From NCBI GenBank assembly GCA_951406725.2, contig OX597835.1:23870001-23934000 (forward strand): DNA of 64,000 nucleotides, given 5' to 3'. The DNA comes from Octopus vulgaris. Its lineage: Eukaryota. Made by a program: the position numbers and the translations under genes. Each line of letters starts with the position of its first letter. Position 1 is the first letter of the stretch. The notes under the pieces are model-generated. The model had not been told where the DNA came from. It saw nothing but the letters and a program-made list of their open reading frames with translations, and ran no database searches. This document shows positions 38,400 through 52,050 of the stretch, in pieces.

Positions 38400-38509
38400 C
38401 TTGAAACAGAGCATAAGGGAGAATGGAATGGTTGCAAATACCAGTAACCATGACAAAATGGTTAACACCCATCCACAGATTCCTAAACCTTCATAGGTCT
38501 CACCAGCAG
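38400..38509 (-). CDS. STOM: Stomatin exon 2 (membrane hairpin)
   Basis: Acceptor tcttttcag, donor AAG|gtgagt. Encodes AGETYEGLGICGWVLTILSWLLVFATIPFSLMLCFK, with the conserved Cys before the hydrophobic segment and the hairpin Pro. Confidence 0.95.
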
Positions 38510-41101
38510 CTGAAAAGACAAAAGAAAATTAAAAAAACCGAATTATTTTTTCTTTCTTTCGACTAAAGGCACAAAGCCTGAATTTTTTTTTTTTGGGGGG
38601 GGGGGCGATGTGCCAGTCCCTATGCACCAAAGGTCCCTATATTAGTCCCTATGCACCAAAGGTCCCTATATTGGTCCCTATGCTCCAAAGGTTCTTATTT
38701 TATTGACACTGAAAGAATGAAAGGCAAAGACAACCTCAGAAGAATTTGTGCTTAGAACGTAAAGAACTGAAAGAAATGCTAAGCATTTCATGTGATTCTC
38801 TAAGAATTCTGCCAGCTTGTTGCCTTCTTTCTCATTTTGGCACAGGGCCAGCAATTTTGAAGGGAGCTGGCAAAGTAATTACATCAACCTCAGCATCAAG
38901 TACTGGGGGTTCAATGTACTCAACTGGTCCTTTATTTTATTGACTCCAAAAGGGTCGAAAGCAAAGTTAACTCTGGCAGAATTTGAACTTACAATGTTTT
39001 ATGTCAGAAAAAATATTGGTAGACATTTTGGCTACAAGAATAATAACGGTGAATGCCTTTTACTGTTTTCACTCGATGGGAATAATGGTTGAGACATTAT
39101 AAAAGAAGTGGATCTTACAGAATTGAGCAAAAGAATATAGGTATGTAAAACAACAATGAACAAAAACTGACATGAATATTCCCTAATAGGGGACACAGGG
39201 GTCTGAAATCAAAACAGAGAACTCCCCCACAGTTCTAACATTACCCTGGCAATGAAGAACAGGTGCCTTGCCCACATTCCTCTTTGACTGTTGAGGGCAG
39301 GTTTTCTGTGGTTGGAAGCTCTTCCTGTTCTTTTCTACTCTAGGCACAAGGCCCGAAATTTTGGGGGAGGGAGCTAGTCAATTAGATCGACCCCAGTACA
39401 CAACTGGTACTTAATTTATTGACCCCAAAAGAATGAAAAGTAAAGTCGACCTCGGCGGAATTTGAACTCAGAATGTAAAGACAGATGAAATACTGCTAAG
39501 CATTTTGCCTGACATGCTTACATTTCTGCCAGCTCTTCTTGTTGCCAACTCTTTTCCGTTTCCAAGAAAGGTAATATTTCTCCATGCCTTGGCATGTCTT
39601 CAAAGAATATTGGAAATGAATGACACTGCCCGTATGACAGGGACACTCATTTACGACAATCATGAGATGCCAAGATGAGGAAACACAAGTGAACACGTAA
39701 CTATAGATACATAAATACACACACACACACACACATTTTTATACACACACACACACACATTTTTATACATACACACACACATTTTTATACATACACACAC
39801 ACACATATTTTTATACATACACACACACACATATTTTTATACATACACACACACACACATATATATACAATAGGCTTCTTTCAGTTTCCATCAACCAAGT
39901 TCACTCACAAGGCTTTGGCTGGCTCAAGGTTGTAGTTAAAGACACTTGTCCAAGAGGCCATGCAGTAGAACAGAACTTGAAACTACGTAACTTGGAAACA
40001 AACTTCTTAATTACACACACACACACAAATATGAGGACTGTCCATTTCTATCTGAAGAAGACCATCACTAACTATTAAAAGAATCATACAGTCAACAATA
40101 ACTCTTTTATAGTCATACACACACACACAGAATCACCACACACGACCAGGTTATTTAAATTTCCATCACCCAAATCCACCCACAAGGCTTTGGTCAGCCT
40201 GAAGGAATGGTAAAAGATGCTTCCCAGTCCCACTGTGTGGCACTTTGGCCAAGTGTCTTCTACTATAGCCAGAGGCCAGCCAAAACTTTGCAGCTGGATT
40301 TGGTAGATGGAAACTGAAAGAAGCCTGTTGTGTATATGTGTATGTGTGTGATTGCTTGTTTCCTTGTATTGTCATTGTATGATGGTTGTAAATGACTGTC
40401 ATCGTCATCATACAAGCAATGTCATTCATTTCCAATATTCTGTGAAAACTTGTCTGGCCATAGGGGAATATTACCTCCCTTGATTGGAAACATGAGGGTT
40501 GGTGACAGGAAAGGCTTCCAGCTATAGAAGCTCTGCCACAGTGAAACACTGTTTGACCCATGCAAGCATGGAAAAGTGGGTGTTAAAACAATGACAAATA
40601 CACACACACACACATGCGTGTCATCATTTTAACACTGTGTGTGTGTGTGCGTATGCGTGTGCAAGACATGAATGAGGTCCCTATTTTGTTTTCTACATGG
40701 ACTCTGTATAACACTAAATATGCACGTAAAAAGCACCATCCGTTCGTGGCCGTTTGCCAGCTCTGTCTGGCACCTGTGCCGGTGGCACGTAAAAAGCACC
40801 CACTACACTCACGGAGTGGTTGGCATTAGGAAGGGCATCCAGCCGTAGAAACACTGCCAGATCTGACTGGGGCTGATGAAGCCTTCCGGCTTCACAGACC
40901 CCAGTTGAACCGTCCAACCCATGCTAGCATGGAAAACGGATGCTAAACGATGATAATGGACTTTATAGCAAAGAATACAATTTCCAATACATACACAGAA
41001 ATACACATGGAGTTCTAGACACTTGTTACTTGTCATGCAATTTAAGATATAAATCACACAGGATGAATACATACACTTATATATGTGTGTGTGTGCATGT
41101 G

Positions 41102-41132
<31 letters not shown>

Positions 41133-41345
41133 TAAGGTGGCAAGCTGGCAGAAACGTTAGCATGCCGGGCGAAATGCTTAGCAGTATTTCATCTATCTTT
41201 ACGTTCTGAGTTCAAATTCCATTGAGGCCGACTTTGCCTTTCATCCTTTCGGGGTCGATAAATTAAGTACCAATCGTGTACTGGGGTCGATCTAATCAAC
41301 TGGACCCCTCCCCCAAAATTCCAGGCCTTGTACCAAGAGTAGAAA

Positions 41346-41399
<54 letters not shown>

Positions 41400-41607
41400 T
41401 TGTGTATTATTGTTGTTATTTAGCCCCAAGACAGGTCTGATGAAACAGACTTTCGTTTACAATCCCTTTAGGCATGATAATCCAGTCTTTATATATATAA
41501 ATCATGGACTTACCCTTTTTCGTTTTTTTAAGTAATAGTAGAGAGTGATTGGACTGCTATTTCTAGCATGCCTTGTCCACATAGAAATCCACCTTGTTTC
41601 CTTTTGC

Positions 41608-41642
<35 letters not shown>

Positions 41643-41880
41643 GTGTGTGAAAGTGTATGTGGATGGGTTGGTTCATCAGGATTTCATTGTTTAACGCTGT
41701 TGTCTGTTACACGGCGAAATTTATAAACACCTGCGTATATGCGTATGCATTGCTATTTATGAAGAATGCACACACATACACACATACACACACACATGTA
41801 TGTATGTGTATATGTGTGTATGTATAGGTATGTATATTTGAATGTATGCATGCACACACATTTACACAAGTAAGCACACC

Positions 41881-41923
<43 letters not shown>

Positions 41924-42235
41924 ACATACATATGCACATTCTTATTTCTGAAAATAATTTGCATGTGTGCATACGTGTATGCATGTGTGTGTGTATATGT
42001 ATACACACATGTATGTAAATATATATTTACTAACACATATACATATATATACATACATACATATGCATATAAATATATATACACACACACACATATATAT
42101 ATACATACATACATATGCATATAAATATATATACACACACACACACATATATATACACACACACACACATATAAATATATATACACACACACACACATAT
42201 ATATACACACACACACACACATATATATATACATG

Positions 42236-42301
42236 TGTGTGTGTAACGGTAGCACACTTGTCGTTAAAACACGGAGGCGCAGGTTCAAGTCCCACGCCTA
42301 C
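42236..42301 (+). pseudogene. Degenerate tRNA-like sequence (pseudogene or SINE head)
   Basis: D-arm GTGT-AACGGTA-GCAC and B box GGTTCAAGTCCC are present; the T-stem and acceptor stem are broken. Confidence 0.4.
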
Positions 42302-42514
42302 AGAAAACCCACTTTTCTCCGGTAAGGGTTTAAATGCCCCAATATTAGACTGTTTTCTTTACTCAATACATGGTGATCGCTTATATAGCTTTGAGCTTAT
42401 ATATAAAAAAAATATTGTTATTTACAGAATGTATATATGTGTATATATATATATGACACAATGCAAGATCTAAAGGTAGAAATATTACAATATATATATA
42501 TATATATGTCCTAC

Positions 42515-42587
42515 CTCCAAACACAACCTGTCTTTCTTCCGAGACATTGGTCAACGGAATCTTTTGTTGATTCTCCATCTCAGACAT
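42515..42587 (-). CDS. STOM: Stomatin/band-7 gene exon 1 (coding part, MSEMENQQKIPLTNVSEERQVVFG)
   Basis: ATG at 42587. The phase-1 donor GGAG|gtagga joins exon 2 in frame and gives a 287-aa protein, a typical stomatin length. The N-terminus is not conserved, so this exon is less certain. Confidence 0.7.
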
Positions 42588-45500
42588 GATGTTCAGGTGC
42601 TAGGTATAATTCCAACTATAACCACTACCTCCACCACCGCCAACACTACGTAATAACAATAGTAGTAGTAGTAGTCATAACATGTAACAGTATTCCTGCT
42701 ATTACTTCTACCACAACATCAACAGTGGGACCATTACACAGGCTTGCTGCAACCACTATTGCAATGCTGGTACTGTTAATATCACCACCACAAGCAGCAG
42801 TACCACCACCACTACCACCACCACCACCAAAAGCAGTTAGTTATATCCCAATTATTACAACAACAAAAGCCAACAATAGAAAGAGAGAGAGAGAGAGAGA
42901 GAGACAGAAAGAGACAGACAGACAGAGGTGAAGGTGTGAGGACAGGTGTGAGAGAAGGCAGAAGCACAGGGAGAGATAAGGGGGGTGTATGAGTGCGCGC
43001 ACGTGTGTGGGAGGGACGTGTAGGAAGGGAGAAGGTGTGAGGAGGGAGGGAGTGAAAGTGAGAGGGGGAGTGAGAGGAAAGGAGAGCAAGTAAGAGAGCC
43101 TTTGGCTTAATCGCACAGATTTTCTGGAAATAGCAGCCAATTCTCACTCAAATCTAAATTTAGCAGCTTTGAAAAAAAAATGTCGCTGCGCGTTGGATAA
43201 TGCGATCCTAGGTGCACTGTGGACAGACTAAAAACAAACAAAACAAGAAGTCTAGGATGGCCGTGGTTGGAATGTCTGGTCATTAGTCTGCATGATCAAA
43301 GCTGACCTGGAACTCAGTAAGAACAACAGACAAATGACAGACAAGGAATTGAAGAGACACAGATTTTGTAGAGTTGTGTCTAGTGTTTAATGATGGTGGT
43401 GGTGGGGGGAGGTGATGGGGTAGGGGAGAGATGGAGGAGTGGAGAGGGATGAAGAATGTGGGAGGGGGAGATAAGGAGATGAGAAATGGAAAGAGAGAGA
43501 GGGTAGGGAGATGAAGAGAGAGGAGATGGTGAAAAGGGAGGGGAGAGGTGAAGACGTGGGGGGCGGAACGAGGGCGAAGAGAGAGGGAGTGATTAGAGAA
43601 AGGCAGAGCGAAGAGAGAGAGAGTGGATGCGAAGAGAAGGATGGGAAGAGAGAGAGAGAGATATGGTGGGGAGGAGAAAGAGAGGGCTGTGAAGAGAGAC
43701 AGGGTGGACAGAGAGAGGGAGGGAGGAGAGAGAAAAACTGATGAAGAGAGTAAAAAACATGTAAAGCTACATAAAAGAAATGAGAAAAAAAGGGGGCAGG
43801 AGGGGGGGCATTGATGAAAGGAAGGGAGTAGAGTTTCCCCACCCACCGTCCCCCACCCCTATGGCACTCTGCATCCAGCTCAGCTTTTATAAACCAGTAT
43901 TGTAATTAATTCAGTCGGCCTTTATTGTTGTTGTTATTGTTGGAAGAGCAGGTTTAATGTTGGGGGTTTGAATAAACACCTTTACCTGCCCCTAACTGTC
44001 CACCCCCCTCTCCCTTCCTCCCCTATCTTTGTGGTTTAAGCTGATTTCAGCAACAATTAGGAAAGCAAACCTATACAAATGGCTGTTGATCTAATATAAA
44101 ATGGATTACATGGTTTTTCTCTTGCTATAGCTGTTTAGCCCCAGGCTAGCAATCTGTGTTGTTGAGCAAAGCACTTCATTTAACGTTGCGCCAGTCCTCC
44201 TAGTTGGCTTGCTCACCTAGTCAGCAGGGTAGCATCATTTGAAGGCTAAAATGATGCAAAGCGCATTGTGACCAGTGATGTAACAACATCTGATAGTCTG
44301 GTTGGTCACGTGATCAAATGATATATACATACACACACAAAGGCTGTTGCCAGCCTCGCCTGACCCCTGTGCCGGTGGCACGTAAAAAGCACTATCTAAT
44401 CGTGGCTGTTTGCCAGCCTCATCTGGCACCTGTGCCGGTGGCACGTAAAAAGCACCCACTACACTCACGGAGTGGTTGGCGTTAGGAAGGGCATCCAGCT
44501 GTAGAAACACTGCCAGATCAGACTGGGCCTGGTGCAGCCTCCTGGCTTCCCAGACCCCTGTTGAACCATCCAACCCATGCCAGCATGGAAAGCAGACGCT
44601 AAACGATGATGATGATGATGATGATGACACAAACACACACCAGGAAGGCTATGATGGCTTTGGCCTGAAGAAAAAAGAAACATAAGCAAAGTAGTTCCAG
44701 CAAAAGCAGTGCCAGATTGGAAAATTGAAGCTAAAATGGTCAAAGGAATGGTGGACAGAAGCAGATGATGGAGGAAAGATGGTCGTAGAATTTGCTTAGA
44801 TGAGAGTTACAAAGAAACCTGTTCCAGCTTCACAGGGCAGAGCCATTCCAGGAAAAGCAGAAGGTGGTGAAAGGAATGGAAGGCAACAACTCCTTCGAGT
44901 TTACAGCTGACCTCCTCAGAAAGGCCAAAAGCAGGAGGATGATATGTGCCAGGAAAGGGGCAGAGAACAGAATAGCAACAGTGCATGGTGACCCCTGAAG
45001 AAATATTCTTCTGGGAGATTTCCCCTTCCCACTGACAACACAAACTTTACACATCTTTTAATGTGGCAGGCTTCACTTTCGATGATGGGAGGGCAATGGT
45101 AGCAAAAGCTCAAGCAGGTTCTACTCCAGGGTCATCTAGCACCACTTATAGGATTTGCAGGGCCTTCATGGACAGCAGAACAGACAAGAGACACTGTGGA
45201 CAATGAACTCACTTGAAGAGATGGCCACATATGAAGATTGATCTAGTAAAATCTCAAAACCTGACTGTCATCAAAGGAAGGCTGACTAATAACATCTTCA
45301 GCATTCAGGGATCTGGGATTCTAACAATCAAAGAAAAAGGGGTCTGATCCCTTGGCAAGAATTAAGATTGTATGCTTAAGGGGTGAAAGAGAGCTAACAG
45401 TGCAAAGGGTATGTGATTCAACAGAGGAAGATTGCTGTGTGAAGGTAGTAGGGCTTGCCCACCAAGGACGGGGGATACCGTTGGACTAAATACTCAAGCA

Positions 45501-45739
45501 CCCATTACCTAGAAAGAAACTGGAGTATTGACCAGTGGAAACTGTTTTACTCTTGTGTGCTGTTGCTGACCTCTCGCTAACCCCAAATAACCTTAAAATA
45601 TGATGCAAAGACAACGAGAAATCCTACAGGCCTTAAAATAACCTTAAAATATGAGGCAAAGGTGAAGGCTGATCTTGCAGAAATTTGTTAGAATACTGAG
45701 CAAAATGGTTGGCAGCAGATGTTCTAGTGTTCATATGCT

Positions 45740-47026
45740 GCCAGAGCTGACTTTATTTTATTGAACCCAGGAGGATAAAATGTAAAGTACCAGTCAAATA
45801 TGTGGGTTGGCATAATCAACTAAAACCATCTTCAAGTTTGAGACCATGTGCCTTATATTAATAATAATAATAATCCATTCTACTGTGGGCACAAAGTCTG
45901 AAATTTGTAGAGAGAGGATAAGTCGATCACACTGACCCCAGTACTTGACTGGTATTCAATTCATCAATCCCAAAAGGATGATAAAAGCAGAATTTGAACT
46001 CAGAACATAGCGACAGATGAAATTCCACTAAGCATTTCGCCCAATGTGCTAACAATTCTGCCAGTTTACTGCCTTAATAATAATGAATAATAATAATAAT
46101 AATAATTATTATTATTATTGTTATTACTATTATTATTATTATTAAGGCAGCAAGCTTGTAGAATCGTTAGTGCGTCAGACAAAATGCTTAGCAATCATTT
46201 CTTCTGAATTTATGTTCAGAAATCAAATACTGCCGAGGTTGACTTTGCCTTTCATCCTTTCAGGGTTGACAAAAATAAGTACCAGTTGAACACTGGGGTC
46301 AATGTAATCAATTTACCTCCTCCTCTGAAATTGCTGGCCTTGTGCCGAAATTCGAAACCATTATTATAATTATTATGAAGGCAGTAAGCTGGAAGAATTA
46401 ACATGTCAGACGAAATGCTCAGCAGCAATCTTCTGGCCCTTTATGTTCTGAGTTCAAATTCTATTTCGAGGCCAATAAAATAAAGTACCAGCTGAGCACA
46501 GGGGTCAATGTAATCAACTACAAAATTCCAGGCCTTGTGCCTGTAGTAGAAAGGATTATCATTATTATTATTATTAATTAGGTGGTGAGCTGGCAGAATC
46601 GTTAGCATGCTGGACGAAATGCTTAACGGCATTTTACCTATCTCTATGTTCTGGGTTCAAATTCTTCCGAGATTGACTTTGCCTTTCATCCTTTAGGAGT
46701 TGATAAATTAAGTACCAGTTGTGTACTGAGGTTGATCTAATTGACTGGCCCCCATCCCCCAGAATTTCAAACCTTGTGCCTATAGTAGAAAAGATTATTA
46801 TTATTAAGGCGGTGAATTCGTAGAATAGTTAGTACACTGCGCAAAATGTTTAGTGCATTTTGTCTGTCTTCACATTCTGAGTTCAAATTCCTCTGAGGTC
46901 GACTTTGCTTTTAACCCTTTTGGGAATTGATAAAGTAAGTACCAGTTGAGCACTGAGGTTGATGCAATTGACTTACTCCTACCCCCACACCCAAAATTGT
47001 TGGTCTTGTGCCAAAATTTGAAATCA

Positions 47027-47066
<40 letters not shown>

Positions 47067-47070
47067 ATCC
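45740..47070. mobile_element. SINE chain with an orientation switch at the (AAT)n/(ATT)n junction near 46105
   Basis: A - copy at 45875-46075 is followed by + copies at 46144-47030. Confidence 0.8.
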
Positions 47071-48397
47071 ACCTTAGCAAAAGCAGAAGTATTGTTTTCA
47101 CTTGTGCTTGTTTATCTGTTGTGGACAAGATATCTCAAGAACTGCTGGATGGATTTCGATGAAACTTTTAGGAATGTTTAGCCTTGTGACTGGCATGAAC
47201 TGATTAGATTTTGAGATCGATCAGGTACCAGACAAGGTTTCTGGACTATTTTCCCTGTTTTTTTACTTAATTTTTGAGAGGGGTCAGGTTCATTTTTAGT
47301 ATTCTTGTTTGTGAGAGCCATCGAGTTTATTTCAGATATTCTCATTTTAAAAATCATCTCTGGTTAATTGTTGAGAGGACGTTGGTGTTGCCTTGGCAGA
47401 GGTTTGCACTCTCTGAGTGCTCCTGTTACTATTGTTTACTGCTTGTATGGTGCCACGTAGCAGCACCCAGCATACTCTGTAAAGCGGTTGGTGTTAGGAA
47501 GGGCTCCAGCCATAGGAACCGCGTCAAAGCAGACTGAAGTCTGGTGCAGCTCCCCAGTTTGCCAGCTGTGGTCAAACTATCCAACCCATGCCAGCATGGA
47601 CAATGGACATTAAATGGTGATGATGCTGACATTCACAGGGAAGGCAGGCATGATCCGATATCTATCGGATGCTACTTAGAATGTTGTCAGGTGCTCACTA
47701 CTAGTAGGATAAAGGGCTCAGTGAATGTTCCACCCTTGCAATCTATAGGGGATTAGTGACAGAAGAGAGTGAGGATTTTATTAGGGAAGCTCTGAGCATT
47801 GGCAAAAATGAACTGGCTAATCTGTTCTGGAAGACTCGGACTTTGGGATTGGGGACTGCCATGGATAACTTTCAGAAGTTCTTGGCCTGAGAGAGCAATT
47901 GAGGGGCTCTAACAGTTCAAGATAAACTCTACAGGCATAGAAGTGCCATCAGACAGGCTTGCTTTAAGATGCTCATAGACTAATAAAACCAGTTATCAAC
48001 CATGAGTCTACCATGATGACTGTCCGATGACCCTCCATCAACCAGACAAAGAAGGCAGTTTTACTCACTCTGGCTGCTATAACAAAAATAGTGTAATGGA
48101 CAAAGGTAAACAATAGGAAGATACAGACTTTCTTCTTTGATAGGGGCTCCCATTAACATTTCCAATTTTCATGTGAAAAGCAAGATGATGGGTAGAGAAG
48201 CACAGTTCTAGAATGAATTTATTGAGAAGCAAATGAGAGCAGCAGAAATGGTTTAAGTGGACAGGGTCACTCTAAGTATGGACCTGTAAGTTGGAGAATG
48301 ATAATTGGAGATGAAAAATGAGGTTGATGTAACTGACTTAACCCCACTCCTGAAACTGCTGGCCTTCAGGAAAAATTTGAAACCACATTATTATTAC

Positions 48398-48428
<31 letters not shown>

Positions 48429-48699
48429 ATGAACTGGCAGAATCATTAACATGCTGGACAAAATGCTTCGCGGTATTTCACCTGTTGCTACATTCTGAGT
48501 TCAAATCCCACTGAGGTTGACTTTGCCTTTCATTCTTTCAGGGTCAATACATTAAGTACCAGTGAAACACTAGGGTCAATGTAATCGACTAGTCTCTTCC
48601 CCTAGAATTTCAGGCCTTGTGCCTATAGTAGAAAGGATCATTATTATTATTACTGAAGACATTGCACAGTTTCCAATGTTGTGATTGATGTTATTGTGT

Positions 48700-48915
48700 G
48701 CCCCAAGGGAGTTTGGGAGTTGTCCTCTCTGTTAAGTCACAACAAGGACCTCAGACAGTACTTTATGCAGTATATGTGCAGTTCCAAGTAAAACTGACTT
48801 TTACAATACCCCAAAATTGTAGGGTATTTCCAAAGGGCCCAGATGTTTCTTCAGGTGAGATTGAACCCAATTCTCCAATTACAACAGGAACAACCTTTAT
48901 GTTTGACTTTCACAG
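48700..48915 (-). mobile_element. R4/Dong-like RLE non-LTR retrotransposon 3' fragment
   Basis: On -: KVVPVVIGELGSIS and L*KSVLLGTAHILHKVLS, typical C-terminal motifs of RLE elements. Confidence 0.65.
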
Positions 48916-49139
48916 CTGCTGCATCTTCACAAACTCAAATCTCAGGTTCCTGTCACTGAATTGTGGTAAGTTGTCAGTGACTCACATTAGGGTCCGGGTT
49001 TTGATTCCTTCTCAATCATGTACACCTTCAGTTGAACTAGGAAACACTTCCATGTCAATGCATGAGTGCCACAATGTATCCTTTGCTATTGTTAGTCTCT
49101 CATGAAACTGAGAGTCTTAGAAAAACAGCCTCGCTGTCA

Positions 49140-49660
49140 TTGTTGATGGCAGCATCATTACTATTGTCATAACCACTGCCGTCATTGTCATAACTTCCAT
49201 CATCACTATCATCGTCGTCATCATGATCATCACTATTGTTGTCTCATCACTATCATAGTCATCATCACTATTGTCGTCGTCATCATCACTATCGCCGTTG
49301 TTATCACCATCACTATCATCTTCATCATCACCAACACCATCATCACTATTGTCGTCGTCATCATCATCATCACTATAGTCGTCTTCGTCATCACTATCGT
49401 CGTCATCATCATCATCACTATCGTCATCATCACTATCATCGTCATCATTATCACCATCATCACTATCATTGTTGTCATCATCATCAACACCATCACTATC
49501 GTCATTATCACTACCGTCGTCATCACTATCATTGTTATCATCATCATCACTATCATCACCACTATCACCATCACCACTATCACCATCATCACTGCCACTG
49601 TTATTGATGCAATCACTGTTGCTACTGATCATTGTTGTTGTTGTTGTTATCATCACCCTA
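49140..49660. repeat. (CAT/CGT/CAC)n degenerate trinucleotide repeat
   Basis: Direct; open in several frames on both strands. Confidence 0.9.
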
Positions 49661-49677
49661 ATCATCATCCTCCTTAC

Positions 49678-49774
49678 CACCAATGTCATCACCATTATTG
49701 TCTTCATAATTATCCTCATCAGCATCACTGATATCATTATTATTGACACCCTCTTCATCATTACCGAATGACAT
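49678..49774 (-). CDS. Candidate alternative first coding exon of the stomatin gene (MSFGNDEEGVNNNDISDADEDNYEDNNGDDIG)
   Basis: ATG at 49774 and a strong phase-1 donor GGTG|gtaagg, compatible with exon 2. A polypyrimidine tract + AG ends at 49869. It borders a GAT-rich microsatellite, so the fit could be chance. Confidence 0.35.
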
Positions 49775-50102
49775 TACTGTCGACAGTTCCTGTCTTTCGT
49801 AATTATGAAGGGATCTTGTCGAGAGAGAATGTAAACAGAGACACGAATGGACAGACGCATATACGTACCTATACAAATAAAGGGAAAAAGAGGGAGAGAG
49901 GACGAAGAGGCAGAGACAACAAGAGTCTCTCTCTCACACACACATGAGGAAAGACAAAAAACACAAATATATAAAAAAAGGAGTTGGAAAAAAAAAAACA
50001 CAAACCAAAATAATCTCTCCGTCCCCTTCCCCTCCCTCAGATTGCTAATTTATTGATTATTTTCTGCCACTCGGAATCAGGAAACAAATTGCTAGAACAC
50101 AA

Positions 50103-50116
50103 ATCACCATGGTAAC
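50103..50116. promoter_or_regulatory. RFX X-box motif
   Basis: ATCACCATGGTAAC matches the RTHNYYWTRRNRAC consensus at all 14 positions and lies in non-repetitive sequence. Confidence 0.45.
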
Positions 50117-50989
50117 GCAGAACGAGATGAGAAATATATCGGTTGTGAAGAACACGATGGTGAAAATACACATCTTGGGATGGTTGAGTGCTAGTGGTGG
50201 TGGTGGGTCACTGAACTGGGGTGTTGGTTAGGGGTTGGTGATGGTGGTGGTGGTGGTTATGTGGGTGGGGTGTTTGTGGGTGTGTTAATGAGGTGGGGAG
50301 GAATTCAGTTAAAAATATCCAAGACTAAATAAAACAAATGTGTGTGTGTATAACTATATACACACATGCATGTATATATATGAACGTTTTTATATATGTG
50401 TATACACAGACACATGCATGAATGTGTTGTTTATATGTTATACATAACATTAATACAGTTTATATATACACACAAACATTATTTGTAACAATCATAGAAT
50501 ATACCTGTGTGTGTGTGTATGTGTGTGTGTGTGTGTGTGTTAATAACATAAGACATACACAAACATTATATTGTGTAACATTTTTATATTACATAATAGA
50601 TAAATTTTTGTATTATGAAGGAACACGGTCTAGTGGTTAGGATGTTTACTTCATGGTCATAAGGTCACGATTTCAATTCTTTGTCAGAGCAGTGTGCTGT
50701 AACCATGAACAAGACACTTCATTTCATATTATTTCTGTCTGTTCAGCTGTAAAAATGTACCAACAAAGGGGTGTTGTAGCTTCTTCTCTCTGTCCCCCAC
50801 ACCAGCAATTACATTCCAGTTGTGCTGCAGTATGAAACATGAGGGTATCAAAAGGGTATCTGTATCTATGTATGACTACACAGGCACCTACAACATTTAG
50901 GGAGAGCATGGTACACGTTAGAAAGCCTAAGTCATGGTTGGCTGCTCTGCACTTGTTTTTTACATCCTTTTTACTAAGTCTTAGTTCAT

Positions 50990-52050
50990 CCCTTACAACT
51001 GACCTGTAAACTGGGCAGAAAAACATCTCATAGTTCCGAATTTTTGGTTTTGAGTAGGGTCACCGGCATCTTCCCAGGTGATGGTAAGATATTTCAGAGT
51101 TTCTTTAAAAGAGGAATACCATGTCTTCTTGGGCCTCTCTCTATCTCTTTTTGTCCTTTTAGTGGTACCCATTGTATAGCTGTCCTGGGCATTCATCATT
51201 CTGGCAGATGGAAAACAAGACCTGCAAGTCTCGCTCTTCCTTCCGCCACCAATCTCTTTCAGGCTGCACAGGTTGGTTCTTCTCAGGTTTTCAGAGTTTG
51301 TGATTCTGTCTCAGTAAGTGACATTGAGTATTCTTGTGTAGTCCACTCTGTAAAGTGGTTGGCATTAGGAAAGGCATCCAGCCATAAAAACCATACCGAA
51401 ACATGCTAGCAGAGATTGCTGCATTCCTCTGGCTCGCCAGCTCTTGTCAACCTATCCTACCCATGTCAGGATGGAAGACAGGTGTTAAACGATGATGATG
51501 ATATCAGGTTGTGTGTGAAGGCACATGGCTTAGTGGTTAGAGTATTCAGCTCATGATTGTAAGGTCATGAGTTCAATTGGCTCTGTGTTGTGTCCTTGAG
51601 CAAGAAACTTTATTTCTCATTGCTTCAGTTCACTCAGCTGGCAAAAATGAGTTGTACCTCTATTTCAAAGGACCAGCCTTGTCACATTCTGTGTCATGCT
51701 GAGTCTCCCTGAGAACTATGTTAAGGGTACACATGTCTGTGGAGTGCTCAGCCACTTGCACATTAATTTCATGAGCAGACTGTTCCATTGATCGAATAAA
51801 CCGGAACACTTGCCATTGTTACAGACGGATTGCTTTAATATTGGTGGAATGCATCCAACCTCTGAGTAATCTTGGAATCATTTCCCAAGTTTCTCTTCTT
51901 TGGACTGTTTTTGGCAAGACAATACTCTGGTAGAGCAGAATCTTCATATGGTTGCTAATCAAAGTGTTATTCCAGACACTGTTCATCACTCTCAGCACTG
52001 CCACTGCATGCCCAAGTCTGGAGTCAACATCTACCTGAGTACTCCACTCT
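50990..52050 (-). mobile_element. RTE-like LINE fragments interrupted by two SINEs
   Basis: KILLYQSIVLP...ETW and R.RPKKTW motifs on the - strand. Confidence 0.55.

Noticed and set aside
42522-42530. Alternative donor CAG|gttgtg in stomatin exon 1
   Set aside because: It is phase 0 and would frameshift exon 2; the phase-1 donor at 42515/42514 fits.
49117-49761. 214-aa Asp/Ser-rich ORF (looks like an acidic matrix protein) and the antisense poly-His ORF
   Set aside because: This is a trinucleotide microsatellite open in several frames on both strands, with no signal peptide or supporting splice structure.
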